A stretch of 37,361 nucleotides of DNA from a virus (taxonomy: Duplodnaviria > Caudoviricetes): positions 1-37,361 of the IMG/VR virus record IMGVR_UViG_3300036869_000029, one strand, 5' to 3'. Shown here in pieces: positions 25,117 to 33,905 of the stretch. A model generated the notes under the pieces. The model was not told where the DNA came from. It ran no database searches and saw only the letters and a list, made by a program, of their open reading frames with translations. Positions within the stretch are counted from its first letter, which is position 1. Each line of letters opens with the position of its first letter. A program made the position numbers and the translations under genes.

Positions 25117-28100
25117 AAAAAATATTTTTAGCTTTTTTTCTTTTACTGCTTTCAGGGATTGCGTCAGCAAGCACGCTATATCAAATTTCGTCTACGGATT
25201 ATCCGGTTGGCTATACTCGGGTAGTTGGTTCGGGATCTGATACGCTTACATCCTATTACGGAGCATTGCAAGATTGCCAACGAAATAGCTCTAGCTCGTG
25301 TGTGTTTATTTATGGTGGAGGAACGTCATGGGGAAACACACAGACCATTACCTGGAACTATGCAAATTACGGATATGGAAATCCACGCGTATATGCTCTT
25401 TGCAATGCCGGATTCACAAAATACTTTTACATCACGCAGCCGCAAAGTTCCTCAGGGTATGGTCGTTTTTATGTGTACGATGAACTAGGAAATAATATAT
25501 TCACATCATATACTTCGGTACCTTCAGATAGCACACAAATAAAAGTTGAGTTTGTTCCTACCAGTGGAAATACTGGAACGGCCGTTAGCCTTTCCATTGG
25601 TGGAGTTTATAAAGTTATGGGTACTTTTGCGTATGATTCAGGACGTGTAGGAACGATTGGATTTGGGGCTTTTTCTGACGATTCTAGCAATACCGATTAT
25701 TTAAACCGGGGGATAAAGGTTGAAGATACTTCTCCGTCAACGCCAACATTCACCTATACCGAAACTCCGACGATTACTATGACCCCAACACCTTCACCTA
25801 CTCCAACAATTACCCAGACTCCAACACAAACTCGAACTCCAACACAAACCGCCACGCCTCCCGGGGGAATACTTTTGAATGAGACTTTTTCAAATTCGCC
25901 CAATGGCTGGTCATTGGTGCGATACAACAACGGTCTTGACGGGGTAACAATCACCGCTGCGGATGGGTGGGGATATGTGCAGTGTTATTCTGGAACTGCT
26001 GGGAGTTGGGATTATTTTGAGTATTTGCCAAGTCAATTTTGGCCCGGAAATATTGAGGTGTCATTCACATATTCATCTGCGAAATATCTATCCGAGAAGG
26101 CAGTATTTTTATTTAAGGCTAATGCCGATGCCACCCAGTATCTTGGTGTGTGGCCTATGTGGGACGCTTTTAATACCATGTGGCGAATTGGTGGATCTGC
26201 GAATGAACTTATAGAGTCAGACGATGCACATACTTGGTACAAAGATTATGCAGCACACCAAGTGGGGGAAGGCGATACTGTACGGATGAAGGTATCAAAT
26301 ACCGACAACCCGGGATATACAACAATAAGCGTATATGACAATGACGTTTTATTTGCCAGCACCACCACTACAGCCAACGCAAGTCTAGGAAATTATTTCG
26401 GACTTTTTGTTGAAGGCGATCATCAGCACGGACGGCCATCTTGGGCGCTAGATAATTTACAAGTTTTTGGAACTGACCCACTCCCAACGTTGACTCCTAC
26501 TCCTACCGCAACACCTAACCCTACAATGTACCGAGATGATTTTACTGGAGTTTGGGGCGATGTTGTTTCTGGTTGGCGTGATGAATCAACGGACCCCGGA
26601 TTTAACGCTTATTTTGATTATGCCTATAATGGTACAAGCGCGGAATTGATTCGCAACTCTTCCAGTTCATACGGAAAAACATTAAGCCCAGTGCAGTCGC
26701 TAAATTTTTCGAGTAATATGTTTTTGGAGTTCAGCGTTTTATCGATGACTTCCAGCACCCAATGGGCCGTGGGTATACAGGAGTTAGAGGGATCGTACCG
26801 GCACTGGACGCTTGCGGACGCTCAAACCGGAACCGGTGATTTCTATTATGATCTGCGTTCCACTACCGGTTGGACTTCCGGAACCCATGTTTTCAGTATT
26901 GAGTTTATAATCATTGGGGAAAGCGGAAAAAAGGTGACGTTTAATTATGTTCAAATCACGAGTATTTCGCCAACTCCAACACCAAGCAGCACAGCCACGC
27001 CAACATTGACCCCTACGCCAACGCAAACAATTTCTCCTACCATCACCCCTACGGCAACGCCAACTCAGTCACCAACGGCAAGCCCGACGGTAACGGTGAC
27101 GCCAACGCCTATACCCGTGATTTATAAAGAATCATTTTACGGGACGCCTGGAGTACACGTTTCCGGGTGGCGTGATGAGTCCACCGATCCTGGATTCAAC
27201 GTAAATCTTAATTATGGTCAAGATGCGCATTCTGGAGATCTGATTCGCAACAGTTCGGATATTTACGGAAAAACGCTGAGTCCTGTGCAATCTATTGATC
27301 TTTCGCAGTATCCTTTTCTGGAATTGAAAATAAACAGCTTGACCAGTCTGACTTTGTGGGGAGTCATCATTCAAGAAATGGAAGGCCTTTATAGAAGCTG
27401 GACGCTTTCGGCTAACCAATCGGTTGTGGGAGCCTATTATTACAACATCATGAATGCCACGGGTTGGACTTCTGGTATTCACAATTTTAGTGTAGGATTG
27501 CTTGCCACCGGTACAGAAAACAAGAAAGTGAATGTCGGCTATGTTCAAATCATGAACTATGCCCCAAGCCCGACGGTCACGGCCACCGTGACGCCTACAG
27601 CGACAATCACCGTCACATCAACCGCAACGCCAACCGCGACTCCTGGAAACATTTGGGAAACGTATTTCGTAGGATATCCCGGAAACACCGTAACCAGTTG
27701 GTCACTTACCAATTGCGCCATGGTGTATACGTTTGACAACAAAGCCCAGGTGCAGCAAACAAGCCCCGGACCGCTAATTCAATCTCCAATCGCTATATTT
27801 TCGGATGAACAATATTTTCACATGAAAATTGACGCCATCTCTCCAGGTGGATCATATATTTTTGTGATGCAGATGATGGACGCTCCATACAAAAGTGTGA
27901 ATCTCAACTTGGGTTTGTACTGCATTGATGAGGGTATGTGGCATTTTTCAATTGCCAAGCAGTTGACGCAAATGGGGGAAAACTTAAACGATTGGCGAGG
28001 TCATGCGTTCACAATTCGCGTGTTCTTCAACGCTGGATTTAAAACCGCATGGGCGCGGGTATGTAATTATGACTATACGCTTCCTCCTCAATGCGACGCA

Positions 28101-29732
28101 GTCAAACCGTTTATCACTCCAATACAATCGACGTGGCACATGAGCATGTGGAAAAATAATGACGACGGCCAAGGGTGGATGGGATACAACAACGCCAGCC
28201 ATAATCCAGACGTTACAGTTACGCCCGAGATAATAGTCACACCCGGAACTGGCAAGCGAGACATTTCCATGACGTATTATCCTTTGAGTGTTTTCAAAGC
28301 TCCTATGCCCTTATCTTATGACCTTGATTCGGCTTATGACCAACGCAACCAAAACGATATCAATCGCGTGCTGCAAGTCATGATGATGAGCGGAGTTAAT
28401 GCGGTTCTTCTGGACATAGAAAATTATCACGCGATAACAGCCACGGCCTCGCCTCAGATAATTGGCCAGCCTTCGCTATCCCAGCAGATTGCGGTTAAGT
28501 ACCTCGAAGGGGTAAAATATTTCAATGCCCAGGGAAGCAAGCAGTATTTTGCTTTGCCAGCGTATGAAGACAAAACGAATTGGCTTCGCGGATACTATTC
28601 AACTCGCACCGCAACCGTACAGGCAGCGTACGAAGATCTAACACAATGGGTAAATCTTTTTTATCACAATCCACTGTACACTACATCGCGTTATTACATT
28701 CAAGGGCGACCGGTAATATTTTTCTATTCCTACGAAGATGAATATGGAACCCGTGGAATTGGTCGCTTATCGGCGCTTGAGCTTAAAGTTTGGCTTGATG
28801 ACTACGAGTCCAAGTGGGGAGTGCGTCCGATTATCGTCACAAATATGCGCCGCACAAGTCATGCAGCCCAACTTGAAGTTGGGGCACTGTACTCTGATTC
28901 AATCGAAGGGCTTTACGAGTGGCCGGTTATTTTGGATTCTGGACCCTACAAAACACCAACCCCTACCGGCGCAGACTTTTATCATGAACTTCCGGTTGAA
29001 AAAGTTTACTGGCAAGCTCAAGACGCAAATTCGGATTGGTTGCTTTACGAGGGAAAGTTTAAGTTTATCGTAGGTTCGGTGTGGATGGGATTTGATGATA
29101 AACCGGTTCTTGGTTGGGGAGTTGGACATAGAATGATCGCTTATAAAGATGGGGAAGAGTATACCCTTGATTATCACGGACAAAGAAACAAAGACAGGGA
29201 CAGACGTTTCAATATTTTTGCATCGTGGAATGACTCATCCGAGGGCACGGGCATGGAGCCTTCCGTGGAGTTCCAATATTTATTTGCTGGCGCTCCCGGC
29301 GTTCCCGGTATGATGTGGACAACGTACCGCATACACTATTGGATCAACCAATGGCTGGGGATAAATGACCCCAACCTAGAAACGTACGACTATTGGCTTC
29401 CGTACATGGCGTTTACAATCAAAAAATATTTTTCGGGTGATAACCAAGCCACCACGGTATACAACTCCACCATGGCATCGATCATTTCTGGAAACTACGC
29501 TACTCCGAGCGCCAACATAGACACTTACGTAACTAACAATTTTGGAAGTTGGGATGGGCTATGGACTTCGGTTGCTTCAATGACTCCAACCATGACACAA
29601 ACTTCCGGATATACACCTACAGTGACACCGACTCAAACGCAATCTCCAACACCAACATGTACAGTAACTCCAATTATTAATCGCCCTTATCAAATTCTTA
29701 TTTTGGACAACAAAGAGAGGAAACTAAAATGA
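25113..29732 (+). CDS. 1539-aa exported multidomain protein with TP linkers, repeated CBM-like domains and a GH99/GH71-like catalytic domain
   Basis: MKKIFLAFFLLLLSGIASA signal; five TP linkers; repeats at 26526-26960 and 27120-27557; GRPVIF, GFDD and SWNDSSEGTGMEP motifs at ~28120-29300. Confidence 0.75.
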   Translation: MKKIFLAFFLLLLSGIASASTLYQISSTDYPVGYTRVVGSGSDTLTSYYGALQDCQRNSSSSCVFIYGGGTSWGNTQTITWNYANYGYGNPRVYALCNAGFTKYFYITQPQSSSGYGRFYVYDELGNNIFTSYTSVPSDSTQIKVEFVPTSGNTGTAVSLSIGGVYKVMGTFAYDSGRVGTIGFGAFSDDSSNTDYLNRGIKVEDTSPSTPTFTYTETPTITMTPTPSPTPTITQTPTQTRTPTQTATPPGGILLNETFSNSPNGWSLVRYNNGLDGVTITAADGWGYVQCYSGTAGSWDYFEYLPSQFWPGNIEVSFTYSSAKYLSEKAVFLFKANADATQYLGVWPMWDAFNTMWRIGGSANELIESDDAHTWYKDYAAHQVGEGDTVRMKVSNTDNPGYTTISVYDNDVLFASTTTTANASLGNYFGLFVEGDHQHGRPSWALDNLQVFGTDPLPTLTPTPTATPNPTMYRDDFTGVWGDVVSGWRDESTDPGFNAYFDYAYNGTSAELIRNSSSSYGKTLSPVQSLNFSSNMFLEFSVLSMTSSTQWAVGIQELEGSYRHWTLADAQTGTGDFYYDLRSTTGWTSGTHVFSIEFIIIGESGKKVTFNYVQITSISPTPTPSSTATPTLTPTPTQTISPTITPTATPTQSPTASPTVTVTPTPIPVIYKESFYGTPGVHVSGWRDESTDPGFNVNLNYGQDAHSGDLIRNSSDIYGKTLSPVQSIDLSQYPFLELKINSLTSLTLWGVIIQEMEGLYRSWTLSANQSVVGAYYYNIMNATGWTSGIHNFSVGLLATGTENKKVNVGYVQIMNYAPSPTVTATVTPTATITVTSTATPTATPGNIWETYFVGYPGNTVTSWSLTNCAMVYTFDNKAQVQQTSPGPLIQSPIAIFSDEQYFHMKIDAISPGGSYIFVMQMMDAPYKSVNLNLGLYCIDEGMWHFSIAKQLTQMGENLNDWRGHAFTIRVFFNAGFKTAWARVCNYDYTLPPQCDAVKPFITPIQSTWHMSMWKNNDDGQGWMGYNNASHNPDVTVTPEIIVTPGTGKRDISMTYYPLSVFKAPMPLSYDLDSAYDQRNQNDINRVLQVMMMSGVNAVLLDIENYHAITATASPQIIGQPSLSQQIAVKYLEGVKYFNAQGSKQYFALPAYEDKTNWLRGYYSTRTATVQAAYEDLTQWVNLFYHNPLYTTSRYYIQGRPVIFFYSYEDEYGTRGIGRLSALELKVWLDDYESKWGVRPIIVTNMRRTSHAAQLEVGALYSDSIEGLYEWPVILDSGPYKTPTPTGADFYHELPVEKVYWQAQDANSDWLLYEGKFKFIVGSVWMGFDDKPVLGWGVGHRMIAYKDGEEYTLDYHGQRNKDRDRRFNIFASWNDSSEGTGMEPSVEFQYLFAGAPGVPGMMWTTYRIHYWINQWLGINDPNLETYDYWLPYMAFTIKKYFSGDNQATTVYNSTMASIISGNYATPSANIDTYVTNNFGSWDGLWTSVASMTPTMTQTSGYTPTVTPTQTQSPTPTCTVTPIINRPYQILILDNKERKLK

Positions 29733-30142
29733 AAAAAACATTGTTCTTTATGACCATGAGTTTGCTAATTGCTTCGTATTCATTTGCTGCTCCAGGCGCT
29801 TCAGATTTACATATATATAAAGGAAATAACATACCTTATTATCGCGCTCAATTATTTCAATCAAATACCATAACTGCAAATGGCCCGGATATTCCCATTG
29901 ATTTAACTGGATCTACGGTCACGGCCTATATGGTGGACTCGGCAACATTAAAAACGAAAATAAAAGGCGCTACATGCACGGTAATAGATGCTGTAAACGG
30001 ACGTGTTGAATATCAATGGAATGTAAACGATACCAACGAAAACGGAACATACTGGATAGTATTTAAAGTTACAAATGGTCTTCAAATATTAACTCTACCT
30101 TCGGCATTTAAAGCACGCGTAATTATTGATTCGCTTAATTAA
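29729..30142 (+). CDS. BppU N-terminal-like Ig domain protein with signal peptide
   Basis: I.KG..P....L...PIDLTG.TV...DA.NG.V.Y.W...DT...G.Y...F.VT.....T.PS pattern; MKKTLFF...YSFA signal. Confidence 0.65.
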   Translation: MKKTLFFMTMSLLIASYSFAAPGASDLHIYKGNNIPYYRAQLFQSNTITANGPDIPIDLTGSTVTAYMVDSATLKTKIKGATCTVIDAVNGRVEYQWNVNDTNENGTYWIVFKVTNGLQILTLPSAFKARVIIDSLN

Positions 30143-30162
30143 TTCTTGGTGGAGGTTATGAT

Positions 30163-30369
30163 ATGGAAAAATTAATCGGATTGAGACGAATGATCGTGGT
30201 TCTTTTCGCGATGATAAATGTAATGGTTTTGGCTTTTCTGGTTTTGTGGGTACGTATTGAGGCGTATGGAATAATTTATGCAGCTATAAGCGCAAGTGTA
30301 ACTTTATGCCTAGCTTATTTAGGTCAACGCGCATTAGAAAATAATAAAACTACGGAGGTTAAACTATGA
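30163..30369 (+). CDS. small two-TM protein, holin candidate
   Basis: GGAGG SD; two hydrophobic helices and a charged C-terminus. Confidence 0.55.
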   Translation: MEKLIGLRRMIVVLFAMINVMVLAFLVLWVRIEAYGIIYAAISASVTLCLAYLGQRALENNKTTEVKL

Positions 30370-30995
30370 ATTGGAACGCTCTGTTTGGCAACGTAGCGGA
30401 CAATTACACGACCGAAAATAACGATGCTTTCAAACAATCGCTCGCAGCGTGCGCGGTCATTTTATGGAGCGCTAAAAATCCAGGAATGATCCAGAGGTTA
30501 ATTCAATTTTTCAGCGGTTCAAAATATTTTCATGCCTCTATTTATATCGGGAAAACACCGGCTACACTGATACGTCAACTATATCCTGAATTTTTGAAAA
30601 ATACCACGATACCTAAAGAAGCTCAGTATAATGAAATGATTGAGGCGCATATTGAAGATGGCGTACGCGTTCGTCCCCTTTTATTGGATGATGAAAACAT
30701 TCAGTTGACGGCATACATCCGACCTATAACGCAAGCGGAAACCTTAAAAATACTTCATGCTGCCTATTTACAAGTGGGTGAAAAGTACGATACACTCGAG
30801 GCCGTGGGTGATGCGGGTATTCCGCTTCCCAATGACCCTAACAAACCGGTTTGTTCCGACGTGGTAGTCGAAGCGTGGTTGCCGGTTGAACGCATTGTTG
30901 CGTCAGACGTGGATATAAACAAAACGAAACCTTCCGACATTGGAAAATATTTGGAACGCGAAAAAGGATGGAAAAAAACAACGTGGAATTGTTAA
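30366..30995 (+). CDS. permuted papain-like amidase (YiiX/YebB, C92-like)
   Basis: HASIYIG, MIEA...GV, G.KYD, CSDVV..AW and P.D motifs, with His before Cys. Confidence 0.75.
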   Translation: MNWNALFGNVADNYTTENNDAFKQSLAACAVILWSAKNPGMIQRLIQFFSGSKYFHASIYIGKTPATLIRQLYPEFLKNTTIPKEAQYNEMIEAHIEDGVRVRPLLLDDENIQLTAYIRPITQAETLKILHAAYLQVGEKYDTLEAVGDAGIPLPNDPNKPVCSDVVVEAWLPVERIVASDVDINKTKPSDIGKYLEREKGWKKTTWNC

Positions 30996-31009
30996 TCTAA
31001 GTTTACCCT

Positions 31010-31107
31010 GGGCGGCCTGCCACTGCTGCCCTATCCGCCGGAGTTAACCCCCTTTCCTCCGGCAAACGGCCCCTCTCGGACTGCCCGCCGGGAGGGGCTT
31101 CGTTTTT
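31010..31107 (+). terminator. three-hairpin GC-rich element B ending in an intrinsic terminator of the late operon
   Basis: Stems 31010-16/31025-31, 31037-43/31057-63 and 31069-79/31088-98, then TTCGTTTTT. Confidence 0.65.
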
Positions 31108-31167
31108 ATCCCGTGTTCGCATAAGTTTTTCTATACAAAAAAATATACTTAAAAATTGATTTTGTGC

Positions 31168-31196
31168 TTTACTTTTTAGTACACTAATACGATAAT
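31168..31196 (+). promoter_or_regulatory. sigma70-type promoter of the early/accessory operon
   Basis: TTTACT(31168-73), 17 bp, GATAAT(31191-96); AT-rich UP-like tract upstream. Confidence 0.6.
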
Positions 31197-31235
31197 ATAC
31201 TTGTGAACGAAATAAACGCAAGGGGGAACAAATTC

Positions 31236-31589
31236 ATGGAAAATATTACTATCGAACTTTTAAAGAAATATTCTCGGATGGATCGCCGGAGTGAATTTTT
31301 GGCCAATGAAATTATCGCGCACGCTCGCGTTGACCAAAAACACATTGTCGAGATGCACAAAGAAAATGCGCTAAAATCTCGCGGGGCAGCGGAACGATTG
31401 ATTGCAATAGTCTCTGACCTTACCGGGCAGGATGGGAATGAGATTGAAAAGGAAATGTACGACGTTTGCGTGGAATGCAACGGGACGGGAATTGACCCAA
31501 TGAGCGATTCAGAAAACACATGGTCTAAGCGTTGCCCACATTGCCATGGTGCAAAGCTCGACTACCTGACGGAAAAAGAGGCGAAGTAA
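31236..31589 (+). CDS. hypothetical protein with C-terminal DnaJ-type zinc finger
   Basis: CVECNGTG...CPHCHG; GGGGG SD before ATG 31236. Confidence 0.75.
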   Translation: MENITIELLKKYSRMDRRSEFLANEIIAHARVDQKHIVEMHKENALKSRGAAERLIAIVSDLTGQDGNEIEKEMYDVCVECNGTGIDPMSDSENTWSKRCPHCHGAKLDYLTEKEAK

Positions 31590-32071
31590 TGGAAACCAAC
31601 TTCGACCTCGTATGGCAGCATTACCCGTACTTGCTCACAACCACCAAAGGGTGGTGTGGTGATTATTCCATTGCCGAAGACATCGTTCAGGAAACCATGA
31701 TTAAGGCATGGCGTGCGCTATCCTCTTTTCGTGGGGAAAGTAGTTTGCGGTCGTGGTTATTCAGAATTGCGCGCAATTGTTTTTTCAATACGTTTGCAAG
31801 TAAGAGAAAACTTGTTCCCTTCGGTGACATACCGGAAGCATCATGCGAAATTGACCAATTGAAAATATTATGTGATGCCGAAATTATTCTGCGCGTAGAG
31901 AAAATCATGGAGGATTTATCCGAGCAGGAACGTTCAATCATTATACTCAAGATGGAAGGATTGGGAAATACCGAAATAGCCACAGAATTAAACATCAAGC
32001 GAAACCGCGTGAACATCCAAATATTCAGGATACGCGAAAAACTGAAAAAAGGGGTAAATCATGAATCTTGA
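31589..32071 (+). CDS. ECF-type sigma-70 factor
   Basis: AEDIVQET..KAW..L..FRGESSLRSWLFRIARN (region 2); EIATELNI....V.....RIREKL (region 4). Confidence 0.9.
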   Translation: METNFDLVWQHYPYLLTTTKGWCGDYSIAEDIVQETMIKAWRALSSFRGESSLRSWLFRIARNCFFNTFASKRKLVPFGDIPEASCEIDQLKILCDAEIILRVEKIMEDLSEQERSIIILKMEGLGNTEIATELNIKRNRVNIQIFRIREKLKKGVNHES

Positions 32072-33340
32072 AGAAATAGGATTTTATACACTTTCGGATG
32101 AACGCGCTCGCACAAGCTCAAAAGTATCATCATTGCAGCGTTGCGAGTTAATACTGACCGATACTTGTAATTTTAAATGTCCATATTGTCGCGGATTAGA
32201 TAAAAAATATCGCGGGGATATTTCTTTGTTTTATGCAATGCAAATCGTTACCCAATGGGCCGAAGAAGGTTTAAAAAACATCCGTTTTAGCGGAGGAGAA
32301 CCCACGCTTTGGCCCAGGCTTCCTATTTTAATACGTCACGCAAAATCATTAGGAATTGAACATATTGCATTATCTACAAACGGAAGCGCCCGGCAAGAAT
32401 ACTATCAAACTCTTTTAGATGCTGGAATAAACGACTTTTCTATAAGTTTGGATGCTTGCTGTTCCTCTACGGCAGATGCCATGTCAGGCAATACCGCTAA
32501 GTACAATCAAGTGTTAGACAATATTGCTTATCTGGCAAAACGATCATATGTGACGTTAGGCGTGGTCCTAACAGAAAAAAATATGTCTGAATTACCGGAA
32601 ATAATAAAAGTTGGGTTGAGTATTGGTGTTTCCGATATACGGATTATCCCGGCGGCGCAATGCGGAGATACTTTTCCAATTACGTTATCGCAACGTGTTT
32701 TAAAAGATCTTCCAATATTAAATTATCGATTAAATAATATATGTTCCGGCGTTTCGGTTCGCGGATTAAGTCGCCAGGATAACCGCCGATGCCCTTTGGT
32801 TTTAGATGATATGGCTATTGCTCAAAACTACCACTTCCCGTGCATAATTTATATGCGCGAAAAAGGCAATCCCGTTGGAACAGTAGACAACAAAACCATG
32901 TCACAAATACGTTATGAAAGGTTAGTATGGTCAGAAAATCATGATTGTTATTTAGATATCATTTGCCGTGGAAACTGCCTGGATGTGTGCCGTGATTATA
33001 ATAACAGGTGGTTACATTTTAATTTAAATAAAGTGTCATTACCTTGGATGAACCCCGGAAATTTTGATTGGTTATCTTGGCGTGGTGGAAGCGTCAAAGA
33101 TTTTGGATGTTCGGCTCGTTGGATTGATATGACAGAAAATAAAAAAAAATTAAAAACGTTTGCCGTTGGTTGGTGTTTGTCGGAAGAAGTTATTTGCCGT
33201 CCAAAAGAAAATCAAGTGGCGGTTATGTTTCAAAAAGGCGAAGATAAATTTTGGTTTCATATGTGGAAAAATGAATTTTACGAGGTGTTTAAATAATTAA
33301 AGTTAGGATACGCGAAAAAATTAAACGGAGGGTAATATGA
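32027..33340 (+). repeat. direct repeat pair flanking the radical SAM gene
   Basis: AGGATACGCGAAAAA at 32027-32041 and 33305-33319, each followed by GGGTAA and then ATGA. Confidence 0.85.
32061..33296 (+). CDS. radical SAM enzyme (MoaA/PqqE-like core) with Cys-rich C-terminal region
   Basis: CNFKCPYC, FSGGEPT, STNG and ISLD motifs; later C...C...C.GNCLDVC cluster. Confidence 0.9.
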   Translation: MNLEEIGFYTLSDERARTSSKVSSLQRCELILTDTCNFKCPYCRGLDKKYRGDISLFYAMQIVTQWAEEGLKNIRFSGGEPTLWPRLPILIRHAKSLGIEHIALSTNGSARQEYYQTLLDAGINDFSISLDACCSSTADAMSGNTAKYNQVLDNIAYLAKRSYVTLGVVLTEKNMSELPEIIKVGLSIGVSDIRIIPAAQCGDTFPITLSQRVLKDLPILNYRLNNICSGVSVRGLSRQDNRRCPLVLDDMAIAQNYHFPCIIYMREKGNPVGTVDNKTMSQIRYERLVWSENHDCYLDIICRGNCLDVCRDYNNRWLHFNLNKVSLPWMNPGNFDWLSWRGGSVKDFGCSARWIDMTENKKKLKTFAVGWCLSEEVICRPKENQVAVMFQKGEDKFWFHMWKNEFYEVFK

Positions 33341-33693
33341 TTATAGGAGAAACAAAAAACGCTTTGATTACTGGTACTTCATTGGGTTTTGAGGATCACG
33401 GTATTTTCACTTTTTCAATTCATCTTGATTATGGTGGAAGTGGTCAAACAGCCGGTGGATATTGTTTGGACAGTTATGACAAACAGCTAGAGAAAAGGGT
33501 TGGAAGTCCTTTGGGAATTGATCTTATTTCCGAGATTTTAAAGGTGGTAGAAGTAAGCACTTGGGAACAGTTAAAGGGTAAGCATATTCGCGTAGTCGCG
33601 AGCGATTCCAATGTAATTTCAATTGGAAATTTACTCAAGGACAAATGGATAACCTTTGAAGAATTTTTCAATAAAAATCGGAGGGGATCATGA
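33337..33693 (+). CDS. conserved-looking phage hypothetical protein
   Basis: NA.I....LG.EDHGI...GGY.LD...WE.L.GK..R pattern common in phages (from recall); GGAGG SD. Confidence 0.8.
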   Translation: MIIGETKNALITGTSLGFEDHGIFTFSIHLDYGGSGQTAGGYCLDSYDKQLEKRVGSPLGIDLISEILKVVEVSTWEQLKGKHIRVVASDSNVISIGNLLKDKWITFEEFFNKNRRGS

Positions 33694-33833
33694 AATCAAC
33701 CGCAGCAATATTATTGGCCTATATAGTTGGAGTTATATATGGGTTAATTGATTTAGATACTTTTTTGGATCAAGTTTTAGTTGGTGTTTTTGTTATCATA
33801 GTTCTTTGTTTTTTAATGACTATAATCCAATAG
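33690..33833 (+). CDS. 47-aa two-TM membrane peptide (not in ORF track)
   Basis: GGAGG SD, ATGA overlap, MKSTAAILLAYIVGVIYGL...IIQ. Confidence 0.6.
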   Translation: MKSTAAILLAYIVGVIYGLIDLDTFLDQVLVGVFVIIVLCFLMTIIQ

Positions 33834-33857
33834 TGTAAAAATCGGAGGTGATGTGCC

Positions 33858-33905
33858 ATGACACGCCGTGAGACGAAACCACGGCAACCGATGGCATTCC
33901 GGTAG
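33858..33905 (+). CDS. possible 15-aa peptide MTRRETKPRQPMAFR within a structured RNA
   Basis: GGAGGTGA SD at 33844-33851; very short, so it may be non-coding. Confidence 0.3.
   Translation: MTRRETKPRQPMAFR

Noticed and set aside
22249-29672. Thr/Pro ACN-CCN runs as DNA-level repeats or mobile elements
   Set aside because: Third codon positions are scrambled, so the repetition is at the protein level.
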